In this document: one piece after another, positions 43,811-53,079 of the stretch
Numbering within the stretch: the stretch's first letter is position 1
Layout of the letters: every line of letters begins with the position of its first letter
From: a virus
Strand: one strand, 5' to 3'
IMG/VR virus record: IMGVR_UViG_3300042305_000730
Location: 1 to 64,000 of that record
Length of the DNA: 64,000 bases
Notes under the pieces: generated by a model
What the model saw: the letters and a program-made list of their open reading frames with translations, nothing else
Database searches by the model: none
What the model was told of the DNA's origin: nothing
Translations under genes and position numbers: made by a program

Positions 43811-44300
43811 CTCAATAGGAGCCTCTAGGAGCGTCTGATAGGCGGATACGCCTACTCATAGGGAATCGTCCTTTGCTCCTCTCCTATGGCATCCTGACGC
43901 TTCTCAGAGGGATCTAGGGATGAAGGGCGATAAGCATCACTCCACGTGGCATTGGCGGGCTAGACGTGGGTCTATGCCGGGGGGTCAGCACGACATTGGG
44001 ATGCTAGGGGAGCATTTGCACTGGTTCCGGCACTCCAGTGATTGATATCTCACTGCATATGCATGCACTCACCAATGACCGATTCATTCATGCATTCCTT
44101 CCCTTCATCCCTCCTCCTGATAGATGAATTGAGTGGTGATGTGCTGGGCGAAATACTCCACGTGGCACTCCACAATGGAATGGTTCATATCGAGATATGC
44201 CATCGTTCGGATGGAGGCTCTCCTCATCCATGTGCTGCTCTTCTGTCCCCTCTCCGATGATCCTGTGACGTGCTTTTCAGTGATGTAGGTGAACTTGGGC

Positions 44301-44343
44301 AAAAAAAAGATCCCCATGACAACTTGTGCCATGGGGATCTTTT
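44301..44343 (-). terminator. Intrinsic terminator (probably bidirectional)
   Basis: AAAAAAAAGATCCCCATG...CATGGGGATCTTTT directly after the helicase stop. Confidence 0.85.
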
Positions 44344-44354
44344 CGGAACGTTGG

Positions 44355-45836
44355 TTACGAGTAAGACCGAAGAATTGCCATCGCCATTGACTCATTGTCC
44401 TCAGAGATCAGATCGTTGCTCGTGCCCTCCAGCACGCCGATCATGACCTTATTCTTCGCCTCAATGAGCATGAGCATCTTCTCGTCCATCGTTGTCATGC
44501 CCTCAATGCCAGCAACCATGATGTGCGAAACAGTCTCACGGGTCTGCCCGAAACGATTGATGCGATCCTCCACTTGAAGCAGATCAGCCGATGTCCACGA
44601 CAGTGAGCAGGACACATGGTGACGTGCGGAGTGGAGCGTGATGCCCGTACCGGCACTCTGCACGTTGCCAATCAGGACACGTGCATGCCCACTCTGGAAT
44701 GCATCCACTGCTTCCATCTTTGCCTTGTCATTCATTCCACCTACGATGCGAACAGCGTTGTGGGATTCAGCGAAGTGGGCGAAATATGCATCGGCTTCAT
44801 CCTTGAAGTTGGTGCTCATGAACACTTGCTCACCATCGTCCAGCAGATTCTCCACGTACTTGATCACAGGCTTCACTGAGCCCATCGCACAGATGTGGCG
44901 GAGTTCATTAATGCGAACTAATGCCTCAGCGAGCATCGCCTTCTGAGCACGTACTTCGCCTTTGGTATTGCGAATCCATTCAATGAGATTCTCTTCGCAT
45001 GCGATGTAGTTCGCAACACGCTTCTCATCCATCTCAATCGTGACTTGTGTACGCCCCTTATTCGGGAGTGTGAGCACTTCACTTCGCACACGGCGGATCA
45101 TGAATGAGCCCGTGAGCAGATCATGCAGTTCTTTGACGTGAGCCGCACCACGACTTCCGAATGCATCAATCTTCGGTGCATAGCGGTTGATGAAACCATT
45201 GATGCCACCCTTGAAGGTTGCTCCACGATCCAGCATCTCTACGACTGGGAGTAATTCCATCGGATGAGCCACGAGCGGTGTTCCACTCATGGCAACACGG
45301 ATTCCGGAGGTTGAGACTGTCTTGGCAATTTCAACGCACGCTTGACTACGTTTCGCACGCTTGCCACCCTTGATGCGCTGACACTCGTCCACGATGATTC
45401 CAGCAACGTTGTGCTTCAGTAAGTTCTTCCATCCAGCCAGTGATGCATCACCAATCAGCAACACATCTGCTTTGGGCAATTCAGTGATTTTGTGCTTGAC
45501 AGGATTTGTTCCAGTGATCGTATGGACACTCACTGTTGGTGAGAACTTTGCGAACTCACGAGCCCACTGCAAACGCATGGACGGTGGTACGACAATCAAC
45601 ACTGGAGTCATGCCTGCGTTTACAGATGCTGTTGCGATGGCAATCGCAGTTGCTGTCTTACCAACGCCCTGCTCATCAGCGATCAACACGGTGCGATTGT
45701 CTAATGCAAATTGACAACCAGTCACTTGGTGATCTAACAGTGGTTGCGCGAGTGATGGCATTGACAATTTGGTTTTAGTGATTGGTGCATTCTTCATGAA
45801 TTGCTGAAGATCTTGAAGTGCTTTTAACTGTGACAT
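44355..45836 (-). CDS. SNF2/HARP-like SF2 helicase (annealing helicase-like)
   Basis: IADEQGVGKT, IVDECQ, MSGTP, GTGITL, QVEDRINRFGQ. Start re-assigned to MSQLKAL (GAAAGG RBS). Confidence 0.88.
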   Translation of the reverse strand: MSQLKALQDLQQFMKNAPITKTKLSMPSLAQPLLDHQVTGCQFALDNRTVLIADEQGVGKTATAIAIATASVNAGMTPVLIVVPPSMRLQWAREFAKFSPTVSVHTITGTNPVKHKITELPKADVLLIGDASLAGWKNLLKHNVAGIIVDECQRIKGGKRAKRSQACVEIAKTVSTSGIRVAMSGTPLVAHPMELLPVVEMLDRGATFKGGINGFINRYAPKIDAFGSRGAAHVKELHDLLTGSFMIRRVRSEVLTLPNKGRTQVTIEMDEKRVANYIACEENLIEWIRNTKGEVRAQKAMLAEALVRINELRHICAMGSVKPVIKYVENLLDDGEQVFMSTNFKDEADAYFAHFAESHNAVRIVGGMNDKAKMEAVDAFQSGHARVLIGNVQSAGTGITLHSARHHVSCSLSWTSADLLQVEDRINRFGQTRETVSHIMVAGIEGMTTMDEKMLMLIEAKNKVMIGVLEGTSNDLISEDNESMAMAILRSYS

Positions 45837-45870
45837 GGTGAGCCTTTCATTGGTTGAATAGATGGTGCTG

Positions 45871-45917
45871 ATTCTATCGGTTTGGAATGGATTTGACGGG
45901 ACATTACAACCTTTTTT
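45871..45917 (-). promoter_or_regulatory. Early-type promoter with TGTAATG box
   Basis: AAAAAAGGTTGTAATGTCCC...ATTCCAAACCGATAGAAT. A 14-bp core is repeated at 47552-47565 with the same spacing to the box. Confidence 0.6.
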
Positions 45918-45924
45918 GGGCAAT

Positions 45925-45965
45925 AAAAAAGCCCCAGCACATCAGGGATTGATGCACTGGGGCTT
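45925..45965 (-). terminator. Intrinsic terminator, GCCCCAG-stem family
   Basis: GCCCCAG...CTGGGGC followed by TTTTTT on the minus strand. Confidence 0.8.
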
Positions 45966-45978
45966 CGCATGGCCCGAT

Positions 45979-46812
45979 TCACCACAGGGCTAAAGCGGTG
46001 CTCCCGTACTTTTCTTCGCAGACACTGCCCATGCCTACTTGGCGACTGCGCTCATCGGTGAGTGTCCTTCCACAGCAGAAGCACCTGCCCAAGTTATTTG
46101 CGAATGCCATTTGGCATTCCGCAAAGTCCTCATGGCTCAAGTCGGCAAGCAACGTCATCACACGTTCTGCCTCCACCAATGACATCACTGGTGAGTTCGC
46201 AGACAAGTCACTGTCAGACAATGCTCCACCAAGAACACGCTTCAGTACCCACACTGTTCCACCCTTGCGGTGTGACTTGATCAGACCGTAGAAGTCAAGA
46301 TCATTGTTGCCTGTATGTGACTTGAAAGCGAAGAAATACTCTGCACCTTCAGCGGTGAGATAACGCAGTGACTTCACACTGCTGTTCACCAACTGCTCAA
46401 TGCGATTATGTGAGTGCGATCCATCCTTGACGGGGTCAATGCATGAACCCTTGCGATGGATCGTGAACCACTTAGTGTTCACCTGACATGCGTAACCTGC
46501 ATTCGCATCCACGTCATGACCGCAAGCGAGACAAGGCTTCGCATACTTATTTGCAATCACCCGATCAGCATTCGCAATTCCGGCATTAGTCAAAGATTCC
46601 TGCTGAATTGGATCTACCTTTTTCGGCACTGGCACAGCCAACAGCATGTTGATCAATGCACTGGCATCTTTGGATGTGTACGTGGCTTGCTTTGCAAAGA
46701 TGAACTCACTTGCCGATGTCGTAGTCGGGTCAATGCCCAACAGATCTGCCCGTTCAATTACGAGTGACACGGCGAATGACAATTGCTTTTCGGACATAGG
46801 ATTATCTGACAT
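45979..46812 (-). CDS. DUF6011-like zinc-finger protein
   Basis: N-terminal SEKQ..F...ASALI motif, NKYA..C..CG..V, C-terminal GRCFCCGRTLTDERSRQVGMGSVC. Confidence 0.7.
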   Translation of the reverse strand: MSDNPMSEKQLSFAVSLVIERADLLGIDPTTTSASEFIFAKQATYTSKDASALINMLLAVPVPKKVDPIQQESLTNAGIANADRVIANKYAKPCLACGHDVDANAGYACQVNTKWFTIHRKGSCIDPVKDGSHSHNRIEQLVNSSVKSLRYLTAEGAEYFFAFKSHTGNNDLDFYGLIKSHRKGGTVWVLKRVLGGALSDSDLSANSPVMSLVEAERVMTLLADLSHEDFAECQMAFANNLGRCFCCGRTLTDERSRQVGMGSVCEEKYGSTALALW

Positions 46813-46844
46813 AACTTCTCCATTTCATTTTGGTTGGTAAGCCC

Positions 46845-46874
46845 AGCATATGTCCGATGGCAATGGAAATACAA
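46845..46874 (-). promoter_or_regulatory. SigA-like promoter
   Basis: TTGTAT-18 nt-TATGCT. Confidence 0.5.
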
Positions 46875-46898
46875 CTACTCAATTTGGGCTCAAACAGC

Positions 46899-46937
46899 AA
46901 AGAGCCCCAAACCTCCGATCATGAGGCTTGGGGCTCT
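46899..46937 (-). terminator. Hairpin terminator, GCCCCA-stem family
   Basis: AGAGCCCCAA...TTGGGGCTCT, weak U-tract. Confidence 0.7.
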
Positions 46938-46957
46938 AGGAGCATTACAGGTTTTTA

Positions 46958-47515
46958 TCAACTGATGCGCTGAGTGCCATCCTGAGTCCAACGCTCCATG
47001 GTATTCGGATACATCAGGTCTTCATGCTCCTCTTCCCATTTGAGTTGGCAAGCCTTCTCCATGATTACATCGCCCATTGACTGAGTGAAGAAATACATTT
47101 CAGTCCGAACTCCATCCCGCCACATCTTGCGAATCTGCTCATCTTCAATCGCTGAATACTTCACTCCACGCACAATGTCACGGCGTGACAAGCGTGCAGT
47201 GAATCCTTCACCTTCAACATCAATGAACTCATCAACAAAATCCTTCGGATGAAAGTCAGTTGTGTAATCCTTGTCAATCGCAACTTCAACCCAACTGTCA
47301 AGATCTGCAAAGCCCGAGTTGAGAACTGCCTGCACGAGTTGATCAGTGAATCGGAACGGGTACTGACCTGCGAACTCAATCATCGCTTCAATGACTCCGC
47401 ACTCGGAGCAAATCTCAGTTGTGTTATCTACTCGTGAGATTGCACCTGCATACATTCCGGCAAACTCACGATTTGGGATTGGTTCACTACAACGTGGACA
47501 ATCTTTGATTTCCAT
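46958..47515 (-). CDS. Hypothetical protein with N-terminal Zn finger
   Basis: CPRC...GAISRVDNTTEICSECG..EA. Confidence 0.65.
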   Translation of the reverse strand: MEIKDCPRCSEPIPNREFAGMYAGAISRVDNTTEICSECGVIEAMIEFAGQYPFRFTDQLVQAVLNSGFADLDSWVEVAIDKDYTTDFHPKDFVDEFIDVEGEGFTARLSRRDIVRGVKYSAIEDEQIRKMWRDGVRTEMYFFTQSMGDVIMEKACQLKWEEEHEDLMYPNTMERWTQDGTQRIS

Positions 47516-47547
47516 TTCTATTTCCTTTCGGTTGGTTGGTGTACATC

Positions 47548-47594
47548 AAGATATCGGTTTGGAATACCTCTGCAAGGACATTACAGGTTTTTTT
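47548..47594 (-). promoter_or_regulatory. Early-type promoter with TGTAATG box
   Basis: AAAAAAACCTGTAATGTCC-TTGCAG-16 nt-TATCTT. Shares ATTCCAAACCGATA with the 45871 promoter. Confidence 0.6.
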
Positions 47595-47599
47595 ACATG

Positions 47600-47631
47600 A
47601 AAAAGCCCCAGCCATGTGACTGGGGCTCTTT
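47600..47631 (-). terminator. Intrinsic terminator, GCCCCAG-stem family
   Basis: GCCCCAGTCACATGGCTGGGGCTTTTT on the minus strand. Confidence 0.8.
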
Positions 47632-47648
47632 CACTTACCTTGATGGGA

Positions 47649-48707
47649 CTAGGAGCAGACTGCGGTCAGCCTTTCCAGCACCATCTTGTCGTAGTCAGCC
47701 TGAGCATTGGAGAGCAGGCGTGAGTAGTTGCGGTTGTAGCGATTCTTATCGCCACCACTGAAGTGCTGGTGGAATGTCGTGGTTGCCTGCACAACACCAA
47801 GTGCTGTGTTCTTCCACGGGGTGACACGTGGGTCATCCCTCCACAAGTTTTCTAACAGATCACGCTTTGGATTCTGCTTGCCAGCCGAGCGTGTGTCAGG
47901 TGTGGATGTCTTGACAGTGATCATCTTGCCAGCCTCATCCTGTGTGATGATTTCTGCCAAGTTGATTGGGAAGAGATCCGAAACCAATGCAGTGAATTGG
48001 TTGTCAGTGACTGCCCATGCGCTCAACTTTTCAAGAGCAACCAACATGTCATCCGAAGTCTTGAACACGATGTCCAAAGCATTGCGAACGGACGTGAGAT
48101 CTCCCATTGAGTTTCCACTGTGGCGGAACTTGATCTGCTGACCCTCTTCACCGAGAGCCATTGCAAGAGTGTTGTCACACACCACTGCCTGCATCACACG
48201 CTTGATGATGGTTTGATTCTTACCGTCATGCGATGTTGTTGCGAGAAGTGTTGGGCGGAACTCAAAGCCTGCCGATGATGTCACCGAGTCAGGAACTGAG
48301 ATCTGAACCCATCCACGTGCTGACTTACTCAAAAGACCTGCAGAGTCAATACCGAGTTCTGACGAGTCAATGATTTGGTTCAGGTTGTCCAACAACACTT
48401 CGCCGTACTGGTGGATCTGATAACGATCCGACACTACGCCGAACACATTGCCATCTGTACCGTGCACGATTGCTTGTGTGTTTTCAATCTGACGGAATGC
48501 ACCGTCTGCAGTTTGCTGGAACACTGGACGTGACACAGCCTCAAAGTTGAAAAGCCTGCGCCGAACATCTTCCACTGGAATGAATCCATCGTAAGAGTTT
48601 GGCTCATCGCCCTGATCCTCTGCACGCCAGTGCCATGCCTTGCCACGCTTCAACACATTGCCAATCAAGGTCATTGTGTTGAGCCACTTGCTTGTTTCTG
48701 CGCTCAT
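47649..48707 (-). CDS. DUF932 (TIGR03299-like) phage/plasmid protein
   Basis: WH, GVVSDRYQIHQ, SAG.L, LLATTSHDG, VVCDNTL..AL, FRHS. Confidence 0.85.
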   Translation of the reverse strand: MSAETSKWLNTMTLIGNVLKRGKAWHWRAEDQGDEPNSYDGFIPVEDVRRRLFNFEAVSRPVFQQTADGAFRQIENTQAIVHGTDGNVFGVVSDRYQIHQYGEVLLDNLNQIIDSSELGIDSAGLLSKSARGWVQISVPDSVTSSAGFEFRPTLLATTSHDGKNQTIIKRVMQAVVCDNTLAMALGEEGQQIKFRHSGNSMGDLTSVRNALDIVFKTSDDMLVALEKLSAWAVTDNQFTALVSDLFPINLAEIITQDEAGKMITVKTSTPDTRSAGKQNPKRDLLENLWRDDPRVTPWKNTALGVVQATTTFHQHFSGGDKNRYNRNYSRLLSNAQADYDKMVLERLTAVCS

Positions 48708-48759
48708 GATTATTACCTTTTATCTTTCCGACCCGTAGGTCTTATTGGTTGAGGATCTC

Positions 48760-48789
48760 ATTGTAAGCACGTCACGTCCCATAAAGCAA
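48760..48789 (-). promoter_or_regulatory. SigA-like promoter
   Basis: TTGCTT-18 nt-TACAAT. The leader contains a GACC-TACG-GGTC hairpin. Confidence 0.55.
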
Positions 48790-48825
48790 CTTAATCAAAA
48801 CATAAATATCTGAGCCATACAGCAC

Positions 48826-48853
48826 AAGAGCCCCAGCCATATGACTGGGGCTC
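48826..48853 (-). terminator. Hairpin nearly identical to the 47600 terminator
   Basis: GCCCCAGCCAT(A/G)TGACTGGGGCTC on the plus strand in both copies. Confidence 0.7.
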
Positions 48854-48876
48854 CGGAACTAACGTGTGTTTACTGG

Positions 48877-49344
48877 CTAACCAATCTTGCTCCACTGTCC
48901 CACGGTCTTATCAAAGGCAAGAACGATTGGGTGAGAGATTGCAGGCATTACAGAGTTTTGCACTACATCTTCAGCAACTTGTCGTGCAAGTTTTTCAACC
49001 ATTACTCCGAAGTCTCCGTTGATCATCAACTCTTCCAACGTATTTGTTGAAGTAAGAACCTGAACAATTTGACTGTCCCAATTGATTTCTTCAACACACT
49101 CAACAACAAGATCCTTCAACTTCATATCCAATTCAGAATCAATCTTGTCAGACAACTCGCTTTCAATCTGATCGTCAATTGTGTTCTTTGCGTTGTAGAT
49201 GAAATCTTCTTGTGCATCTTCCATTTCCCCGACCCGTTTTTCCAAATCGTGAATGACTTTCCACAAGTTCTCAACTGTTGTTTTCCACAAGTCTTCACTC
49301 GGTAGTGGTGCAAATGTTGTGGCATTTGGGTAACTGTTTTCCAT
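48877..49344 (-). CDS. Acidic helical hypothetical protein
   Basis: 155 aa, AAAGGAG RBS. Confidence 0.65.
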   Translation of the reverse strand: MENSYPNATTFAPLPSEDLWKTTVENLWKVIHDLEKRVGEMEDAQEDFIYNAKNTIDDQIESELSDKIDSELDMKLKDLVVECVEEINWDSQIVQVLTSTNTLEELMINGDFGVMVEKLARQVAEDVVQNSVMPAISHPIVLAFDKTVGQWSKIG

Positions 49345-49370
49345 GATGTGCTCCTTTAGTAGTGGTTTGT

Positions 49371-49580
49371 TTATGAGAAGTAATTTGACGATTTCAGAAC
49401 GGACATTACAGAAGTTCCTTCTTCATCTGCAATATCAATGATGCGCTCCTCATAACCATTGTTGAAGTCTTCTACTTCCTGTCGTGAAAGTTTATTGAAG
49501 TCTACGAAGACGCACTGTTCAATGTGGATGAAAGTTCCGTTGTCAAGATCAACTACCACGATGTCTGATTGCGTTGCCAT
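49371..49580 (-). CDS. Small acidic hypothetical protein
   Basis: 69 aa, TGATG-coupled. Confidence 0.6.
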   Translation of the reverse strand: MATQSDIVVVDLDNGTFIHIEQCVFVDFNKLSRQEVEDFNNGYEERIIDIADEEGTSVMSVLKSSNYFS

Positions 49581-49966
49581 CAGATGCCTCCCCTATCTTC
49601 GTAGAACGTGACAGCATCTTTGATGTTGTTTGAGTACTCACCGGAATAAGCGGAGAAACCTTCCTTCGTTGCACTCACTCCCCACGTCACATATGGATCA
49701 CGGTCGTTTGGGTCTTTCATGCAGATTGCAATCCACGTTGCGAGCGTGTCGTCAGGGATGCGCTTTGTCTTTTTGGTGCAAGCAATAACTACTGCACCGT
49801 TGGGCAAAATGTCACCAATTTGCAATTCTTTATCACGCATGTCCTGCGTGAGGGTTGTTGTTTGTGTACCCACGTTTTCTCCTTTGGTATGGTTGTTGCT
49901 CAATGCTTCGTCCACAAACTTCATGAACGCTTTGTTGTACTTGTTGTACAAGTCTTCGGTTGTCAT
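49580..49966 (-). CDS. Hypothetical protein
   Basis: Start re-assigned to MTTEDLY (AAAGGAG). L.NGA.V...PYVTW.....G.Y motif. Confidence 0.6.
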   Translation of the reverse strand: MTTEDLYNKYNKAFMKFVDEALSNNHTKGENVGTQTTTLTQDMRDKELQIGDILPNGAVVIACTKKTKRIPDDTLATWIAICMKDPNDRDPYVTWGVSATKEGFSAYSGEYSNNIKDAVTFYEDRGGI

Positions 49967-50007
49967 TACTTGCTCCTTTGCTTGGTTGTTGTTTTGATTA
50001 GTTGTGA

Positions 50008-50469
50008 TTACCAAGATGATTGGTAATGGAAATCCCAACTGTGATCCATTGTAAGGCAATTTTCCAAAATAGCAACTGTGTCCTCAAGATCACTGAAGTA
50101 CAACTCATCGTAGTTAGTTGAGCCGAAAAAGAAACCTTCTTGATTCGGGAGCAATTCTTCTGCTTTTGAGTGATCGGCAAGAACCTGTTTACACAAGTCA
50201 AGCAGTTCAGTCAATGTTTCCCTGCTCACATAACTCTCACGGCAGTCATCCTCGCCATCTTGACAATTCTCAACGAAGTACTTGTGGATTTGGTTTGACT
50301 TGCGCCATTGACCGACTTTCATTTCAACAGAAATGCTTGGGCTGTCCTTAACTAGGTGTTTGGAATCATCGCCAAGTGCCTCTTTCAGCATGGTGTAAAC
50401 ACCAGCCTTGCTAAAGACGTTGCTTTCGGATGTGTATTGCTTTGCGTGTAGGTACATATCTAATCCCAT
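50008..50469 (-). CDS. Conserved phage early protein (MGLDMYL family)
   Basis: MGLDMYL, WRKSNQIH.YFV, Q.G.DDC, LLP...GFFFG...YD, YQSSW. Confidence 0.75.
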   Translation of the reverse strand: MGLDMYLHAKQYTSESNVFSKAGVYTMLKEALGDDSKHLVKDSPSISVEMKVGQWRKSNQIHKYFVENCQDGEDDCRESYVSRETLTELLDLCKQVLADHSKAEELLPNQEGFFFGSTNYDELYFSDLEDTVAILENCLTMDHSWDFHYQSSW

Positions 50470-50583
50470 GACTATCTCCTTTGTTGGTTGTGATTAATAC
50501 ATTACAGGGTTTTGGTTGAAACTACTCCCATAGGAGCCACATTACAAGAATTGTTCCGGCAATGCACACAAATAATGCCAGTG

Positions 50584-50751
50584 TCATTGTTCGCCTCCAC
50601 AACGGCAATTGCCATTACATGAAGCGAATTGTGTTTGCAGGCTGTCGTAACCATTCTCAGCGCACTTGACGCACCTCCATACATCCGAAGGTAGATCGGG
50701 TGCTGGACGAAAGTCGTGGTTACATAGGATCACCGCTGTTGGTACGTTCAT
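50584..50751 (-). CDS. Small Cys-rich protein
   Basis: MNVPTAVILCNHDF...WRCVKC...CNGNCRCGG, ATGA-coupled to the upstream gene. Confidence 0.45.
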   Translation of the reverse strand: MNVPTAVILCNHDFRPAPDLPSDVWRCVKCAENGYDSLQTQFASCNGNCRCGGEQ

Positions 50752-50951
50752 TGTGTCGCTCCCTTGATGAACTCTTGTGCTTTGCTTTCGGACACTTCTT
50801 CTGCGTCCCACGCAACATCAAATCCAGCGTCCTGACTGTACGTTGGTTGTTCAGGATTGCCCCAATTATCCATTGCTTCTTCTTTGCTGTTGGCTTCAAC
50901 TAAAAACTCATGCTCAATGCTTTGTGAAACCTTCACAATGTAGTAACTCAT
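50748..50951 (-). CDS. Small acidic hypothetical protein
   Basis: 67 aa, VEANSKEEA motif. Confidence 0.6.
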   Translation of the reverse strand: MSYYIVKVSQSIEHEFLVEANSKEEAMDNWGNPEQPTYSQDAGFDVAWDAEEVSESKAQEFIKGATQ

Positions 50952-51211
50952 GATACGTACTCCAGTTCATAAGCCTTGACAACGAAATCTTCGTGACTTG
51001 TGGACATATACAGGTTCATCAAACCTTTCAGTTCATCTTCGCCACCTTCGCAGTAGAAGAAGATCCTGTCATCCCGTTGTCCGAGCGAATCAAAGTCTTC
51101 ATTAATTTCGGGATCGTATTCTCCAAATGAGATGTATTGCTGTTCTTCAATTCCGGAGTCGTACCACTGAATGATGCAGTGCGCTCCTACTGGCTTGGTG
51201 TTATTGGACAT
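50948..51211 (-). CDS. Small acidic hypothetical protein
   Basis: Start MSNNTKP (GGGAGG RBS), DD.IFFY motif. Confidence 0.6.
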   Translation of the reverse strand: MSNNTKPVGAHCIIQWYDSGIEEQQYISFGEYDPEINEDFDSLGQRDDRIFFYCEGGEDELKGLMNLYMSTSHEDFVVKAYELEYVS

Positions 51212-51377
51212 TGTCTTCCTCCCAATCAAGTAATGCGTAAGCCCATGCGTTGCAATCGGTGCATGGGCATTTTGGTTCATGTCCTTCAGGTTGCTGTGGT
51301 TGTGGTGTCATGACCAACATTGTAGACACATCGGAATGGACATTACAACCTCCTTCCAAACATTATTTTGTAAACAC

Positions 51378-51417
51378 AAAAGCCCCACACCCTGAAAGGA
51401 TAAGGGAGTGTGGGGCT
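51378..51417 (-). terminator. Intrinsic terminator, GCCCCA-stem family
   Basis: AGCCCCACAC...GTGTGGGGCT plus TTTT on the minus strand. Confidence 0.75.
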
Positions 51418-51487
51418 ATGCCTACCAACCACAGTAGGTTTGTGCTTTGCATCTGCTCCGTCTAGCGAAACAGATCAAATCTATGCA

Positions 51488-51919
51488 CTACTTGTGACTA
51501 CGACCAAGTGCCGTGACCGCAGTTTGTACTGCAATGAAGATGTTGTGAGATGTGCCCAAGACTTGTGTTGGTTCTAATGGATCAACAATCTCAAACCACG
51601 GGTTCTCTAAATACTTAAACTTCTTCTTGTCTCCAACTAGTTCATCCAACTGTGCATCTGTAGTGATTCCCCACTGCCACAAATCTGCTTGATCAACCAC
51701 TTCAATAGTTTCCTTCGCACGGATTTGCAAGCGAAGAATGCCTGCTACCCGAACTACATAACTGCGGTGCAGGTTGTAAATGTAGGCGACAGTTTTGTTA
51801 TCTGAACCTACATACCATTCTGCGCCAGTTTGCTCAGTGTTCGGAGCAACATTCCATGTAACCATTGGCAAGGACATTACAGAAGTATTTGTGAAGTTAA
51901 TGTCTCCAGTAGATTTCAT
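51488..51919 (-). CDS. Hypothetical protein
   Basis: 143 aa, GI.TD..L...NPWFEI motif. Confidence 0.6.
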   Translation of the reverse strand: MKSTGDINFTNTSVMSLPMVTWNVAPNTEQTGAEWYVGSDNKTVAYIYNLHRSYVVRVAGILRLQIRAKETIEVVDQADLWQWGITTDAQLDELVGDKKKFKYLENPWFEIVDPLEPTQVLGTSHNIFIAVQTAVTALGRSHK

Positions 51920-52086
51920 ATACGGTTACCTCGCATCTCTGTCCAACTAAAATGGTTTTCTTCATCTTTTGGATCAAGTCCCATTTGTGAACACCATTCT
52001 GCATAGGTTGCATTGTCATTAAAAATCTTGATAGACGGCTTAATGCGGGGCGCAATTTGCCCTTCAGAATCAGAAATATTAGTCAT
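51916..52086 (-). CDS. Small hypothetical protein (56 aa)
   Basis: Manual translation MTNISDSEGQ...YAEWCSQMGLDPKDEEN..., ATGA-coupled. Confidence 0.5.
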   Translation of the reverse strand: MTNISDSEGQIAPRIKPSIKIFNDNATYAEWCSQMGLDPKDEENHFSWTEMRGNRI

Positions 52087-52095
52087 AGTAAGCAC

Positions 52096-52266
52096 CTACC
52101 CGAATACAGCATCTCGGTAGATTTCTTCCATGTCTTCTTCTTCCTCTTCATCCTCTGACTCATTTGGTTCCACATCTTCGGGATCTGTTTCATCCCTAAT
52201 CTCACCAGCGGTACGAGCCTCATCAGCCATTTCCCACTCAATACCACTGTCAAAGTAGTGTTTCAC
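52096..52266 (-). CDS. Very acidic small protein (56 aa, 24 D/E)
   Basis: Manual translation MKHYFDSGIEWEMADEARTAGEIRDETDPEDVEPNESEDEEEEEDMEEIYRDAVFG, GTGA-coupled. Confidence 0.55.
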   Translation of the reverse strand: MKHYFDSGIEWEMADEARTAGEIRDETDPEDVEPNESEDEEEEEDMEEIYRDAVFG

Positions 52267-52580
52267 AGTCCATCCTCATATTCATCACTGTATTTATCTA
52301 CTTGCAGTGCAACAGAGCCATTATGTGGCAACTCGGTAACAAAGTAACCAATGCGATTGACATACGCACGACCACTGATAATCCAAGTTCCTTCATCTCC
52401 GTCTACCCATGTCCAAACATTTGCATCTGATTGGGCATAGACGAAGTCAAACTCTTCGCCGTAGGTCTCAAACATTGTGCCATTCCAACTGCTGTTTGGA
52501 TCAATGTGGTTGTTGATTGGTTTGTAAACGCTTTCCCAATCATCTACTGCTTGACTCATTTCCTCTGTTACTTCAGACAT
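52263..52580 (-). CDS. Conserved phage hypothetical protein
   Basis: W...YKPI.N, MFETYGEE..FV, VWT..DGD, VNRIGY.VTE.P. Confidence 0.7.
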   Translation of the reverse strand: MSEVTEEMSQAVDDWESVYKPINNHIDPNSSWNGTMFETYGEEFDFVYAQSDANVWTWVDGDEGTWIISGRAYVNRIGYFVTELPHNGSVALQVDKYSDEYEDGL

Positions 52581-52609
52581 TACAAACTTTCCTTTCGTTT
52601 TGGTTGTGG

Positions 52610-52894
52610 TTAGGAGGCTATCGTGCCGAGATCGGATTCAACAACCCCAGTTTCAATCCATTCTAAGTCAATGCTGTACAAGAAGACAATATGACCTTCG
52701 GGCGCACGAAACTTCACATGCACACCACATCGTGATGCGTCATCATCTACAACATCAACTAAGTCTTCGTCTACCCAACCTAAATACTTCATTTGCAAAA
52801 CCTCTTCAGGGCTGTAGTAAGAAGTCGTGTTAATGGCTGGTATCAACAACATCTCTTCAACTAAGTCTTTACGAACTACGTAGTAACCGCTCAT
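52610..52894 (-). CDS. Hypothetical protein
   Basis: 94 aa ORF in operon. Confidence 0.55.
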   Translation of the reverse strand: MSGYYVVRKDLVEEMLLIPAINTTSYYSPEEVLQMKYLGWVDEDLVDVVDDDASRCGVHVKFRAPEGHIVFLYSIDLEWIETGVVESDLGTIAS

Positions 52895-52896
52895 TG

Positions 52897-53079
52897 CTAT
52901 TGTCCTTCCATTTCAATAAGTGTTTCCATAACTTCCCAACCAAGTTCTATTGAACGGTCGTGCAGTCCTTTGGCGATTGTGTCTAGCGTCTCTTCACATT
53001 TCTCTTGTGACCAGTCAGGGCGCAACGATTGAACATCTTGCCATGACCACCTGATTACTACCATTTCATCTTCATTCAT
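52897..53079 (-). CDS. Small hypothetical protein
   Basis: W...DV...RPD.....C...L motif. AAAGGAG RBS. Confidence 0.6.
   Translation of the reverse strand: MNEDEMVVIRWSWQDVQSLRPDWSQEKCEETLDTIAKGLHDRSIELGWEVMETLIEMEGQ

Noticed and set aside
44042-44395. ORFs 44042..44260 (+) and 44105..44395 (-)
   Set aside because: Neither has an RBS or recognisable motif. The minus-strand one runs through a strong terminator.
44355-45923. ORF-track starts for several genes (45923, 11487, 22906, 39503, 41924, 50059, 54059, 54376, 54624, 58627)
   Set aside because: The longest-ORF starts run through promoters or upstream genes. Downstream starts with an RBS, TAATG/ATGA coupling or no overlap are better supported.
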